A DNA stretch of 64,000 bases from Trichosphaerium sp. ATCC 40318 (GCA_038496445.1 JALMLS010000149.1:1-64000), one strand, 5' to 3'. Shown: positions 14,101 to 27,591, numbered from the stretch's first letter. The notes: a model not told the origin generated them from the letters alone. A program made the numbers and translations.

Positions 14101-15485
14101 AAGCGATTGCCGACGTCCAACAGGTGATCTAGGTACACTACCAATAGTTGTTAGAAATCAGCTAAACTCAAAAAAAAAGTAAAATACCTTCTGCTTTTGA
14201 CAGGATTTGGAGGTCGTTGTACGGCTGGTGCCATAACTTTCTGTCCATTATGCCCATTGTTTCGGTTGTTTACAGGCAAATGAGATTGTATATGCTGCCG
14301 ATTAGATATTGGTAGTTGAGGAGAATGAGTTGACTGATTTCTAGCCTGCGGGTATCCACGTGACGCCTGAGGAGGCGGTTTAGCTGGTGTGTGACCAATA
14401 ACAGATAAATCATGACGATCTGGGTCAAAAGACGGTAAATGATTAACCCAAGAGTCATCAACTTGAAAAGTCTGTTGAGGTTTAGATGGAGTAGTCTACA
14501 ACGGCTTTCTTTAGTAAACGAGTGGGCATAAAAACCAAAAAATGGAAGAAAGGTGATCAACGTACAGTGCTAGGTGTCTGTCTATTAACACTGCGACCTG
14601 TTGTTTGGTGGGTAGCGTTTTTGTTGTGGTAGTTAGACTGTTGTCTTGGAGGGTTAGCTGCTGGCGCATGCATCTTGTTTTGGTGTCCGTATTGTGGTCT
14701 TTGGTTAGGTAGCTGTGGTGCAGTCATTTTAGGCTTAGCAGGCTGGTATTGTCTGTTGTTTTGGTATTGGTTCTGTTGTGGTGCACGGTGCGTGTTATGA
14801 TTTGAGCTGTACGGCGCTGAAGGTGCGTTTCGGCTTGGCATTGGTTTGTTTTGTTGTACTCTAGAATTATGTTGAGCTCTACTCGTATTTGAAGCAGGAG
14901 AAGCTGGCTTCGTTGTTCTTGAATTATAGTTGAATGTATTCCTCTGTTTTGTTGGTAAACGCTTGATTTGATTCATTGCTGGTACCTGTAATACAAGAGT
15001 AAGCGGTTAAAGCGGTAAGAAAGTAATAAATAATGAGTTTTTTATTTTTTTTTTTTTTTGTAATTTTCAGTCTTACCCTTGTATTCACGTGCGCTGTACG
15101 CTTAGGAGGTGGTGCTTTTACTGTTGGTTGAGGGTATACGGCATTGTGAACATGACGTTGATTCTGAGGTGGTGCCTTCATTGTTGGATGTTGATTGCTA
15201 TTAGGACGCGTTGCTTGTTGATGATTATTATTTGTTACGCGTCCTCCATTTGCTGCACGCTGTTGTTGGTATGGCCTGTTCGCGTGCGAATGCGCATTTT
15301 GTTGTGGTTGATTGGCGTGGGCACTGATTTTTGTTAGAATACTGTCCAATTGTGCTCGTGACATGTTATGTGTACAAAGCCATAGTGTTCTTAGTGCGTA
15401 ACGTACCGTGTTTGTTGCGTTCGAGCTGGTTGTACTTGTTTACCACCCTGATTTGTTGCCCAGCCAGTTTGATTGAAGTTTCCAT
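11146..15485 (-). CDS. Large protein: Q/N/P-rich disordered N-terminus, coiled coil, SQ cluster, helical C-terminal domain; possible ATRIP homologue
   Basis: Hand-spliced exons link ORFs 14924, 14557, 13409, 13054, 12004 and 11146. The coiled coil ends LQKRIQSLTSEMTFK|NRE, followed by SQQSQSQ. AATAAA follows the stop. The gene is well supported; the ATRIP identity is tentative. Confidence 0.5.
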
Positions 15486-16183
15486 GCTGTAAACCGCTCT
15501 GTAAAATTTAATTCGTTATTTTACGCGCCAGCAAGCAAAAACGTTTATGATTGGATTTATTCAAAAACCTATGGCCGTACACTGTTATATTGCATAATAT
15601 TAGCTATTTGTAGACCTGAGCTGTAAAAGCTTATTTATTGATCAATAAATATCGCAATTAATCGCAGTGGCGCTAATAAACGATTTGCTCATGAATACTC
15701 AGGCCAGGTGATTTTAGTGGAATACACGACTTGACTTTAAGCGACCTTCATTTTAAACCGAGCGAACAACCATATTTTATGTAGAGCACCGTTTCTGCGC
15801 TTTGATTCTAATAGTTTATATGCTAAAGCCACAAACACGTGAAAAATTTACAACGGACATTTTTAATTCGCTTGAATCATCAACAAATAGCGTGACGCAA
15901 GAGTATAGTGCGTATTTCTGCTAATTTCTCATGGTACAATCGAAAACGAGGCAGTATTCTTTCACTAGCTCCTTGAATACGTTCATCATGAAATACGTAC
16001 TGTATCTACAGAATATGTCAAAATGAAGTCGTACTAGCGCTGCTGAAACTCCTGTTGGTCCTTCAAGTTCTTACTTTGTGAAAATTTTTTTCCCCCATTT
16101 AGGAATTTGCGGAGCTTCTCTGTTGCCTTTTAAACATTGCCACATCAAAACGTGTATCGTATTCGCGTAAGCTAGCTCTTAGG

Positions 16184-18587
16184 ATGCACAGCCAAATTAC
16201 TCTACTCTCTACAACCTTGTACTACATCATTCTATTGTTCTTGTTTATAAATCACGTGGTATGTAATGATTTTGTTAGTTTTCATCTCTTGAGTACTATT
16301 TTAGATAGGTTTATTTAAATAAGACATAGGAATACGCCCAAGGCGTAGAAGTATACAGATTTCGCGTATGGAATGTAAATACAATGGAAGTTACAGAAAG
16401 TGATTTGACAGGTCTTTCTAATACTATAGACATCGAAAAGAACAACATCTCTGCGTACGTTAGTGAATATTTAAAAATAAAATAACTCAGGTTTTTTCTG
16501 TAAACGAGAGCTTGTTGATCTTTTTGTACCCTTCTTTTGAGTACGTTAAACTGACTTTTTGTAAGTATAACTTTCGAAGCTTGTGTTACACCTACAGGAT
16601 GTGGTAGAGATCCTGACGTTACAAGTGTCAGATTAACCTTGATAAAGTCACCTTCTCAAATAATAAAGTACGTTGTGTTACAATCAGAATCATCAACTTA
16701 ATTACACGTGTTTCTTTCTTTATCATGTAACGTTTCCATAGAGAACAACTAGAGCAGGAATATGAATATTTTTTATTCGGCGGGGAAGCCAGTAGTATAA
16801 TCCCTGGCCAGCTGACTCCCGGTACAAAGAAGTCCTGTAGATAACAATCTTATTTCTTTAGGTTTCTATACTTTATCAGCAGTGCCTAGAGCTGTGGCTA
16901 ATGGACAGTCACTCCTTGTTAGATTTACTATTCCTTCACCTCCCGTGGCTACAGAACCTCCTACAACAAACCAACCGACAACAATGGCACCCACAATAAT
17001 GCCCACAGAACCACCATCAATTGCACCAACAATAGAACCAACACTACCTCCAACAATCATGCCTTCGGCTACTTTATCTCCAACGACAGTCCAGCCATCA
17101 AATACTTTATCTCCAACGACACTCCAGCCATCAAATGCTCCAACAGCTCCAATCAAGGTAACGAATAGAGTTCGCTTGTTTTCTAACCTTTTCTGTTAAG
17201 TGTATGGAAGGGTCAGGTAGAGTGTTTGGTATGTTCGTTGCTGCTTATTGAGATATTTTAATTTCTTCGTAGGTGTGTTCACAGATAGTGAGAGTACCTT
17301 TATATCAATATGCACGTTTCTGAATTCTAAGGGATTGCGTTCTATTCACTCGCCAAACAGAACAGTGTACGTGAACAAAACCAAATGTTTCACCAACACT
17401 CAATTTATTACCCAGAAAGTTTGATGTGGCTATTATCCTTCAGAGTGAAACACAAGACTTCATAACGGATTTCATCGAATCTGGAGGACCATCAATTATA
17501 AGTAAGAGTGGTATTACTAGCTACAGTCAGGTAAGGCTTCCTTATGTTGAATACAATCTAACTAGTCTGTAGAATAATATAAAAATCACTCGGAGTTCTA
17601 TTGATTCTAGCATAAAGCTAGATGATTCGTTTGGTTAGTTATCATCCTTAGTACCCATTACACAATTATAGCTTAACAAATAATCTAAGGATACAGTGAT
17701 TCGTATGTAGATGCGCCTAGAACATCAGATGGAGTTGGTTTCGTAGTGACAGACTTCAGTAAAAGAACAGTACTTCAAACACCATTTAATTAGTTCACTT
17801 TTTTGTTAAGTTTTGAGTAGGTTGGAGAAGATCCTACTATTCTTGGAAGGTGGGAGGATCAAAATGATATTGCCATGTTTAAGGATGAAAGCGTAGTAGT
17901 ACTTGGTTTCAATTTCGAAACAGATTTTGAAAGTGCAAGTAATGTTACTACAAATATTATTGGCACAATTATAGGTCTTTCTCTAGCTGGTACCCTACCT
18001 CCAGTATCACTTTATTTTTAACAAAATTTACTAGACTTACAAAGAGGTACTAGCAGCAATAGTAAGTGTTGTTTTGTAAACACAGAGGTGTAGGCTCAGT
18101 ATCAGAACCAAATGATTCCTCGTCTCTTGGATTAATTGTAGGGATTGTCCTTGTAATTCTTTTAATATTGGTCATTGGTGCCTTTTTAATATATTGGTTC
18201 TGTATTAGAGTTTCAAGCGAAAAGCCATCAAGTGAAGTAGCAGCTACAAGTTCGAGTAGAGGTCTACGACGTAAAGCAGTACGAACCTAAACTTCTTTCT
18301 GTGAAATGGGTTTTTAATTGTCTTTTAGTCTTCAAGGGTAAAGAAGCCTGAACATATGATGACGCCAGCTATGCATTCTCTAGGTGATGATACTAGTGAG
18401 GACGTACCTGATACAGATGATGAGACAGACATAGGACCTGATTTATTACCAACGATGACTTTTGCTCAAAAAGAAGCTAAAGATTCTCGACATGGTACTA
18501 TAGTATGTTTAACAAGAGCTTTGTTGCGTTCGTGTTATGGGAGACATGCTAACATATTTGTTAGGTGGCACCACCCATTCAAATTGA
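16184..18587 (+). CDS. Type I membrane protein with mucin-like PT/PS-repeat stalk
   Basis: PT-rich exon 16882-17157; TM LGLIVGIVLVILLILVIGAFLIYWF then basic residues; acidic cytoplasmic tail; many GT-AG introns. Start approximate. Confidence 0.7.
17071..17136 (+). repeat. 33-bp tandem duplication (TLSPTT(V/L)QPSN x2) in the PT stalk
   Basis: actttatctccaacgaca(g/c)tccagccatcaaat repeated twice with one mismatch. Confidence 0.9.
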
Positions 18588-19066
18588 CATTCCAGCATCT
18601 GGTGTACGATTACTTTTTTTTTTTTTTGGTGGAACTGACCTCTGTTATCTGCACTGTTTCTTACTCTGTTCAAGGACAAATCAGAAGAATTATCAATGAT
18701 GAAACTAAAAACTTCTGTGGCTGTAGATGGCTTAGCTTGGCGTCCAACTTGAGAAGGACATAGAAGTTTTATTCCCATTTTTATAACCATCAAAAAAAAA
18801 ATTCTTAATTTTGTACTCCTAGTTTCTATGTCCTTATAATAATGCTCATTCTGCGTTTCTACTATGGTTTTTTTAACCACTCTTTGACTCTACATCCATT
18901 TCCAGTGCTAGGTTTAAACGCTCACGTGCCAAGCAATAGTACACGGCATTGTTTTGTACCAAAAAGCAGATATCTCATAGTGATTTTATGGGGTACATGC
19001 GTAACGAGAAAATATGTGGTTTTCTCGCTTGAAGTCAACGTCTAGCTGATCACGTTAGTTTTCAAC

Positions 19067-21535
19067 ATGTTCAGAGTCGCTTGTCGTACGGCTCAAGCCA
19101 ATGCTCGTCTCACAACGAAGAGTCTGCCAAAGAAATATTGTGCTGTACGAATTAGGCCCAAAACTCATTAAATTAACTTGCTTGGCGTAGTCTGCGCTAA
19201 AGGAGACTGATCCAGAAGTTTACGAGCTTTCCCAACGTGAAAAAACGCGTCAAACTGAAGGTGTTCAACTTATCGCCTCTGAGGTGCGTATGCGCGTAAC
19301 AGATTCACAACTTATTACATCACAGAACTTTTCATCCAAAGCTGTACGTGAAGCTGTAAGCACTCACTTCATCAACAAATACTCAGAAGGTTATGCAGGA
19401 GCAAGGTACTTTAAACAACATTACGCAACTATTCCAAAGTTTGCCGTGACGCCGTCAATAACACTAAAACATAGATATTACTGCGGAAACGACGTCATTG
19501 ACGCCAACGAGTTGCTTTGCCAGAAACGCGCCTTGAAAGCCTTCAACTTATCTCCAGGCAAGTACATTACACTAAACCTACACCAGCTAACTCGAACACA
19601 GATAAATGGGGTGTCAACGTCCAACCACTTTCTGGTTCTCCTGCCAACTTTGCAGTTTACACAGGTACGCCATAGTTCATCAAATAAACAAACTGTACCT
19701 TCTTGTTAACACCCTAAAGGTCTTTGCAAGCCTCACGATAGAATCATGGGACTAGATCTACCTGATGGTGGCCAGTACGCCTTTTTGTTTACTCATTTGC
19801 CACAAAATTAAGTACTTATTTTTTTCTAGTCTTACACATGGTTACATGACAAGCAAGAAACGTATTAGCGCTACCTCCATTTATTTCGAATCTATGCCAT
19901 ACCATGTTGACCCTGTAAGCTTTCTTCCCTTTTGACATATTCATTGAACAAAGAAAAATCTGCCCATTTCTTTTTTGCTATTGCCCGTACAATTGCTGTA
20001 TTGTTTTCGCTTATGACTGAATAGAAAACTGGTCATGTTAATTATGAACTTATGGATGTTGTTGCACGTGACTTCAGACCTAAAATATTGATTGCTGGTG
20101 CTTCTGCTTATCCAAGGAACTACGATTACGGAAAAATGAGAAAAGTACAAAAAAATGATTCGATCAGTTTTTAATTGTTTGTTAGATTGCTGACGCAACA
20201 GGAAGTGTTTTGCTTGCTGATATGGCTCATATTGTAAGTTTAATATTTTTATTGATGTTATATCGCTAATTTCGTACAGTCTGGTTTGGTAGCTGCAGGA
20301 CTCGTTCCAAGGTTTGTTTTTTTTTTTGAAACAATAAGTATCTTTGGTTCTTGACGCTAAACTGTATTCAGTCCGTTTGAACACGCTGATGTTGTTACAA
20401 CCACAACACATAAAACACTTAGAGGACCAAGAGGTGGTCTTATATTTTACAGAAAGGGTCTTAAAAAAGTACTCAAGTCTGGTAAAGGTAACCAGGTTTT
20501 TCGACTTTTAGATTGCGTGGTTTTTTTTCAAACCAAATAAGCGAAGGATACTAACTTTGCTTTCTTCTTTTAGAAGTACACTATGACTTGGAAGATAAGA
20601 TCAACTTTGGTGTATTCCCTGCTATGCAAGGTGGACCTCATAACCACACAATAGCAGGTGTGAGTGTTGCTTTGAAAGAAGCAATGGAGCCTTCTTTTGT
20701 AGACTATCAAAAACAAGTTCTAGCAAATGCTCAACAACTTGCCAAGACACTAGGCGATAAAGAGTATACCCTCGTTTCTGGTGGTACTGATAATCATTTA
20801 GTACTTGTAGACTTGAGAAGCAAGGTACGAGCGCTTTAGATACTATTTACAACACGTGCTTTGAAGCAGTTTTGTTTTTTTGTGGAAAATGAAGTGAACA
20901 CTCGTAGTAATATTCTTCCCTTAGGGTACTGATGGCGCACGTGTATCAGATGTTATGGAACAAGCTTACTTGTTTTGTAATAAGAACAGCGTACCAGGCG
21001 ACGTACGTGACATTTTAAAGAACACAAGAAAAAAAATTCACTCTTCAAAAAAAAAGTCAACGAACAATTGTTGTATTCAGTGCAACTTTTTTTTCTTTTT
21101 TCTGGTGCTAGTACCTGGATATAGAGTAGAGTATGTATACATATATAATTATTTTCGTGTTTTTTTTATCTCAGGCTGAAATCGACCAGACAAAACCGTT
21201 CGTTCCTGGTGGTATTCGTTTAGGCGCCCCAGCCATGACAACAAGAGGATTAAAGGAATCAGACTTTGATCAGATTGGTCAGTTTATTGATAAGGCTGTT
21301 CAAATCGTACCACAAGTACAAGAAAAGGCAGAAGGTACATAGCAATCATTAAAGTTTTTTTTTCTCAAAAAAAATTTCAAACTATCAGGTCGGACATTGT
21401 TTCCTTATTTTGTCTTTTGTTTTAGGCAAGAAGTTGACAGATTTCGCTAAAGCATTAAAATCAAATACTTTCCCTGAGATAGATGCTCTACGCAATGATG
21501 TTCAAGCTTTTTGTAAACAGTTCCCAGAACCATAA
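19067..21535 (+). CDS. SHMT2: Serine hydroxymethyltransferase, probably mitochondrial
   Basis: LIASE|[46 protein letters not shown] (PLP Lys), [30 protein letters not shown]; Arg-rich presequence [15 protein letters not shown]. Confidence 0.97.
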
Positions 21536-21782
21536 AGCTTTTTTTTTGGTTCAAACCAAACAAATGTTTATACGTCTTGATTTTTGCATCTGTACGCACT
21601 ATGCTTTGTTCCAAAACGGAGATAACATTATGCTATTATTACTACATATTTTAAAAGTATTGGAGGAGTATTATGGTACAGTGGTATGTGGTACAGACAA
21701 GATATCGCAAAAAAGTATTTTAATTTCCTTTCATGTTTTTTCATTAATGTACAGTTATATTTACAAGTTACTTATGGGTTAA

Positions 21783-22517
21783 TCACAATATTGAGCAGCG
21801 TGAACTCTTTTTAGGCTTTTTAGATACGGAAGTAGAAGGTGAAATTTGTTGTATCTGCCTTACAAGGTTGAAGAATATTTCTTCTACGTTTAGTTTTGTT
21901 CTTGCACTTGTTTCTAAAAAACTAGCCCCTATTTTCTTTGCAATTGATTCACCTTGCTCGGATGTTATCACACGTTGATCACCTAGATCACACTTGTTAC
22001 CAACAACAACAATCGGTACCTATAAATCATGTTAATGAGAGAAATACGAGGAAAAGTAGTGGCAAAATAAAAAGAAGTCACTCTTACTTTTTCAGAGTCC
22101 TTAACACGTGATATCTGTTCTTTAAGCTCAGGAATTGCCAAAAACGTATCATTGGCAATAATTGAATACACCAACGCGAATCCATGACCATTCCTCATGT
22201 ACAAGTCACGCATTGCTTTGAATTGTTCAGTTCCTGCTGTATCCAAAATTTCTTTAAAACAAAGGTAAGTACAAGCAAGCCTGGTTTCTCTGTCTTTCAG
22301 CGTACCCAACATGAAGGTATTACCATCGACTTCTATTTGCTTTCTGTATGAGTCTTCAATTGTAGGATCGTATTTTGTAAGAAACATACCCTGAACGAAC
22401 TAGAAAACTGTCAAAACAATGTTCATTGCTTTTTATGAAGTGTTTTTATACCTGTACAGTTAACGCCGATTTGCCTACTCCACCTTGTCCCAATACTACT
22501 ATCTTTTGAGTTGCCAT
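21783..22517 (-). CDS. rap1: Rap1-type small GTPase
   Basis: [28 protein letters not shown] (Rap-specific Thr61), NKCD, ETSA, CAAX box CSIL. Confidence 0.93.
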
Positions 22518-23037
22518 TCTTTTGATGTGATGTACTACTTGTTATGTTTGTATTTTGTATGATAAATGATATTTATAAAACCCAAAAGCGGGTTGAAATT
22601 TCATCGAAGCAATTTTGAAAAAACAAAATAAAATTGACAAAACCATAACTATTTTAGCACAGCAGACGTAACTTCTCTGAAAAAGCACAAAAACACAAAA
22701 GCAGAACCCGTTTCGCTCATTCAGCTGTACTGGGAGCTTATCTTTGGTGAAAACGTAAAAATACGTTGCAGAGGGTTAAAACAGAGAAACAGCCGAGTTG
22801 CGTTGTTATCAACCAAACTGAATGGTGCATTGCTTTAGCCTACCAAAGAGGCCCATTTTCGCGATGTATAGATCAAAACCAATTGCAAACAACGCTCCAG
22901 CTGTGTATGTTTATAAATCGTTTTCTAACCCTCCAAGAGTGCAAATAGCCATATTGAGGCAACCATATGTCATATGTGACACACTGAGTGTGTTTAAGCA
23001 TTGTGCACTCGATTTTTTTTATACAGCGCTTATCGTC

Positions 23038-24565
23038 ATGAAACCTGTATTACTCCTTCTATGCTTTGCGTACTGCGCGTTTGGTTCATCTTTAACAGTT
23101 TCTGGACTATCATCTGGCGGGTACAACCCTTTAGAAGCCCTTGTATTGCCGTAACACTCGTATTTCAGGTTTATGGCAGTACAATATCACGTAGCTCATA
23201 GTTCAGAAGTTTCTGGAGTGGGTGTAGTCGCTGGAGGGCCATACTGGTGTTAGTTTTTACGTTTCCTACGAAATTTCAGTTTCTTACGTCTCACTAGGCG
23301 GTCAATTCAATATTGCTACCGCTCTAGCGTGCGGTAGTACTCCTAGTACAATTTCAGTACCTGCACTAATATCAGCGACCAGTTATGCCGGTATGAAACA
23401 CGTGACTGACGTTGTTGTGTTTGATATTTTTATAATTTATCTTCAAAGATGTTTGTGGTTTTTTAGTTCGTCTGAAACATTACTCTGGAATCGCTCTGTT
23501 CTCACGTGTTTGTTTAAGAGGTAACTCTCACTATCGACTCTACTTCAAATTTGCGCGGTAGTAAGGTATGGCTGTACAGTGGAACTAAGGATACAGTTGT
23601 GAAACAAGGTACCCATTTTTAACGATAAAAATTACTTCGCTTTTTCTTTGGCCTTATCGTAAACGCTAGGATGTATGAAGAAGCTTGAAACGTACTACAC
23701 AAACTATATTTCAAAGGGTGACATATCAGTTAACTTTAATATTCCTTCCGAACATTCAATGGTGACCAACTAGCGAAAAAACAACATGCTCCGTAAACAC
23801 TAACAATGCTTAGGTTACTGCGGATTTTGGGAATAATTGTAGCACTCTTGGCGAACCTTTCATTAACAATTGTAATTTCGATGGCGTTGGGGAGATGTTC
23901 CATTGGTTATTTAGTGACTTGAAAGGCAAAAAATCATGGAACAAAACGAATGTAAGAAAAAAAAACTCAACCAACTTTTTTTAACAGATAATGTTTAACC
24001 CGTGCATTCCTAGCTTCAAAGGTTTAATCAGATCAAATACACACCTCTAAATGTGAATCCAGTTACATTGTCGATGGACCAACATGGATATGTTTACATA
24101 CCTACAGGATGCCAACACTCAGGTATGACAAAATTGACTTACAAAAGTGCGGTATGTTATCGTTAACAGACAACTGATCTAGCTTCTTGTGATGTTCACT
24201 TGGCCTTACATGGCTGCAAGCAAGGTCTTCAGTATGTAAATACAACATATGTAGAACATTCTGGTTACTTAGGTACGCCGTTTAGAAGTCTTGATTTTTT
24301 ACTTTTTTTCTATTCTTGGTTTTTAACCTTGTTTAAAAGAGTGGGCTGAAGGGAACAATATCATAGTTATTTTCCCTCAGATCGTTCCATCGACTGTACC
24401 TTATAACCCTGAAGGTTGCTGGGACTGGTAAGTTAGACCGCTAGATCACAAAACAGACCTAATTTGTTTTTATTAAGGTGGGGTTATACTGGCTCTGCTT
24501 ATGCTACTAAGATTGCACCGCAAATAGTGACGCTTAGAAACATGGTTAAAGGATTTTCAAGTTAA
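23038..24565 (+). CDS. phaZ: Secreted poly(3-hydroxybutyrate) depolymerase-like esterase (N-terminal lipase box, type II)
   Basis: Signal peptide; TVSGLSSGG|FMAVQYHVAHS; GVVAGGPYWC; SGTKDTVV; SEHSM; NNCNFDG; GYVYIPTGC; HLALHGCKQ; WAEGNNIIVIFPQ; NPEGCWDWWGY. Confidence 0.88.
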
Positions 24566-24879
24566 ACAAGCTTAGACTATTGCTAATTAATTAGAATACG
24601 TATTTTGTAGAAAATAACACGTGAAACAGTCTCAAAACATTTTCAAGAATTGTATTTTACGTTTTTTTGCAAGACAACAGTTAAAGCTAGTGATGTTCAA
24701 CGCCAACGTCGACTCGACTTGCGGGCAGAGGCGAAATTGTTACACCTATACAACTGTTACATATCTCTCAAGCCAATCCACTTCTGTCTATCGCTTAGAT
24801 ATAATAATCCCAACTTTGTGGATGTGAAAACCTTTTTGATGGAAAAAAAACGTAAACTAGAATGTAACATCTTTAGTGT

Positions 24880-25535
24880 TTATTCGATTAGAGGGCCTCT
24901 AAACTGTTTACAGGTATTTTCACAAGGTTTCCTATCACCTACAATTGAGCGACACTGTGAAGTGCAAACATTGATCTTTCTTAGTGTATCACTGTCGTAT
25001 TCATTTTTGCAGTTTTCAGAACACGTGCGGTGTTCTTCGTTACATTTGTTTGTAATACATTTACTTCGGCATTTTGGTTCCGCTTGTGCGATGCAATTGG
25101 CATGTGTGTTACGTCTTACAAGATTGCGACAATCTCTTTCGCAGAAATACTGGCAGCTATATCTTTTTTTGTCTTTGCAGGTCTACTTTACAGAAAGCTA
25201 CTGGGTCATGAAAGCAATTATTACATTCGTGTACTGAACGATGATAACAAGCGCTAGTGTCTGAACATTGAGATGTAGCTGACACGACAACCATTACCTT
25301 TTACCTGTTTACATCTCTTTACGCAATCGCAATGCTTACGTTGATCTGTTCTTGATGCTTCTGGGAAACACTTTGAAAGTGCTTCGCACATGTCTTTTTC
25401 ATCGCTGCTTAGCGCACGGCAAGCTTTTTCTTCTTCAATGAGTACACGCTTAGCCGCTTTTCGACAGTGATAATCTGTACCGCACGAATGTCCCACTTTT
25501 CTGTCGACCTGTTGCAAGCAAGCTGATTCATTCTG
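24880..25535 (-). CDS. Cys-rich CX3C-repeat protein (5' end unresolved)
   Basis: ORF 25254-25517 splices (G|GTAATG...TTCAG) onto an ATG-less exon DTSACYHR...CENTCKQFRGPLIE*. About 26 Cys in about 205 aa. Confidence 0.65.
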
Positions 25536-25807
25536 CTGTAGTCGCTAATACATATTTATTATGGAAACATCTAATTGTGATACAACTTGTTGAAACGTTT
25601 AAAATACTGCAATGACTGTTCAAGTGACTATTTTTAACAATCGCCTTTTTACCATACGATAGCTCTATTTATTGTTCAAACTTTACAACCACAAATTCGA
25701 AATGGCATTGTTTGTCATTTTCCCTGAGTTTTTATGCCATTTCCCACTAAACCCATAATAATAAATTACTTTAGATATTGGACCACACGTCTTGTCGATA
25801 TAAATGT

Positions 25808-27344
25808 TTAGAAGTCCTAAAGTAGGTTAGGAGGCAAAAAATTGATTTCTGTTGTAATAACGTTTAAAACCTTACAATGTACACAGTATCGCTTCCAGGA
25901 TCTATCAATGGCGTAGTACGAGTACCAAGCTCTTTAAAATCCCACTTATAATTCTTTTGTAAATCGCTTAGATCTTCATTCCATAACTCGGAAATAGCTA
26001 GAATACACTTAAAAAAAACAAACAAGACGAAGCGAACAAAAGACAGCAGCTTATTACACTTTGCTGATGACAACAAAGAAAACGAGAAAAAAAGAGGAAA
26101 AGGTGCTCGCTTACCATTGAATCTCTGAACGGATGTCAGGGCAACTATATTCTCTCCTTCGCAACTCTTTAAAGCATTCAAAAAATTGATCTGTCCCATC
26201 ATTCCAAAATCTTTACAAGCTACAACATGCTCCTCTAACTGTGGCCAAATATCTTTACCATATCCATCAGCCATTAACTCTTTAATAAAACGTCCACCAT
26301 TAACGCTTTGATGAGCTCTTATTAACCTCATTATAGTGCTCGGAGTAGCATCAGGCCATCGATCTTTCATCAGTTCCTTCACCAACCTGGAATGTAAGCC
26401 AGGTTCCTTCACTAAATCGTATAGTAGCTTAAAAACAGATCCTCCAACCCGCATTTGCTGCTGAAGTGCCTAAGGTGAGTAAGGCGTAAAATCTACTACA
26501 AAACGTTGGTGATACGACACGACACTACAACTAGGCCTCATTAAAGCGCTAGGCGCGCATTGAAGGAGGCAGTAGGGATTTAAACGTACAGGCGCGTATT
26601 TTAATAATAGAATGCTTTGAGATTGTTCTTTAGCATGACGAATAGCTGTATATAAGTCTGGTTGTACATCAAAACCTTCCGCAATACTCTTCAAATAAGT
26701 TTCTGTCTTTTTACTATCTGTCCAAGCAACGCCTGTTCTAGCATCCCGTACACCAATTCGTAATCCCATATCTCTCCCATTAGTAAAGACAAATCCCATT
26801 TTATCTGTATCTTTAAACCCATCAAGCTAGGGGCATTGTTAATGGTATCATCAGCAAGAAAGAAAAGCCGTTTTAAAACGAAAAAAAAATAAATTGCAAA
26901 GCAGTTGATTTCAACTGTCAAGCCATTAGAGTTGTTTGCAATGATTTTAGGCGCACGCACTAGTAATACATCCGGGTTTATAGTCTCCATTATCTAGATT
27001 TTGTTTAGGAGAGTCCTACGCTATCATACTACCTTACGTATTTCGTCTAACGAGTCTAAGCCGTTGCTAGCTACTATGTGCACGTCTCGAGTGTCATTTG
27101 TTTCTAACTTTTGTATTTTCGCTGCAAACAGTGTTAATTTCGTATGTTTGATGGTTTTGGGACTATAATACCATTTTTGTAGGTTCCTAATTGCTGCTGT
27201 TCTGAAAAAAACGCGTATGACCTTACTTTAGCACGTACATACCTTCTTGACGCAGTACATCTGTTTGGTGAGTATACAACCCACCAAAGAATTATAACGT
27301 TACCTTTGTCGCGAATTTACCTGAAAGGCTGTCCGTAGGTGCAT
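25808..27344 (-). CDS. Divergent TraB/TRABD-like protein with mitochondrial-type presequence
   Basis: DVHIVASNG..SLDEIRKIMETINPDVLLVR; DLYTAIRHAKEQSQSILL; FLNALKSCEGENIVALTSVQRFNAISELW. These follow TraB motif order and spacing. N-terminus MHLRTAFQVNSRQRCTASRR. Confidence 0.5.
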
Positions 27345-27591
27345 GTAAAGAGGGTTGAGCAAGAAGAATCGATAAGACGGCTCAAGTTAAGGCAGAACAG
27401 CATGAAAAAGTTTTCAGAAACAAGTTTATTACAGTAACATCCCACGCGACGAGAACCGTCGTGATGTGTCTACAAAAGGCACTTCAACCACACCAGCGAG
27501 GGTTAATTGATTTTTTCCACTGTTGGTCTGAAATACGTCACTTTTTTTGGGGCTGGTGTGGACTTTTTGTTTTGAGCAATTACGCTTGTAA

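Noticed and set aside
15880-16080. Short minus-strand spliced frame (ELEGPTG...RHAIC*)
   Set aside because: No start codon or homology; cannot be supported.
22730-22856. Possible long hairpin (TGGG..TCTTTGGT / ACCAAAGA..CCCA) between rap1 and phaZ
   Set aside because: Short stem, no ncRNA boxes; compatible with chance.
24650-25257. 195-aa and 75-aa + strand ORFs
   Set aside because: Antisense shadows of the Cys-rich minus-strand exon.
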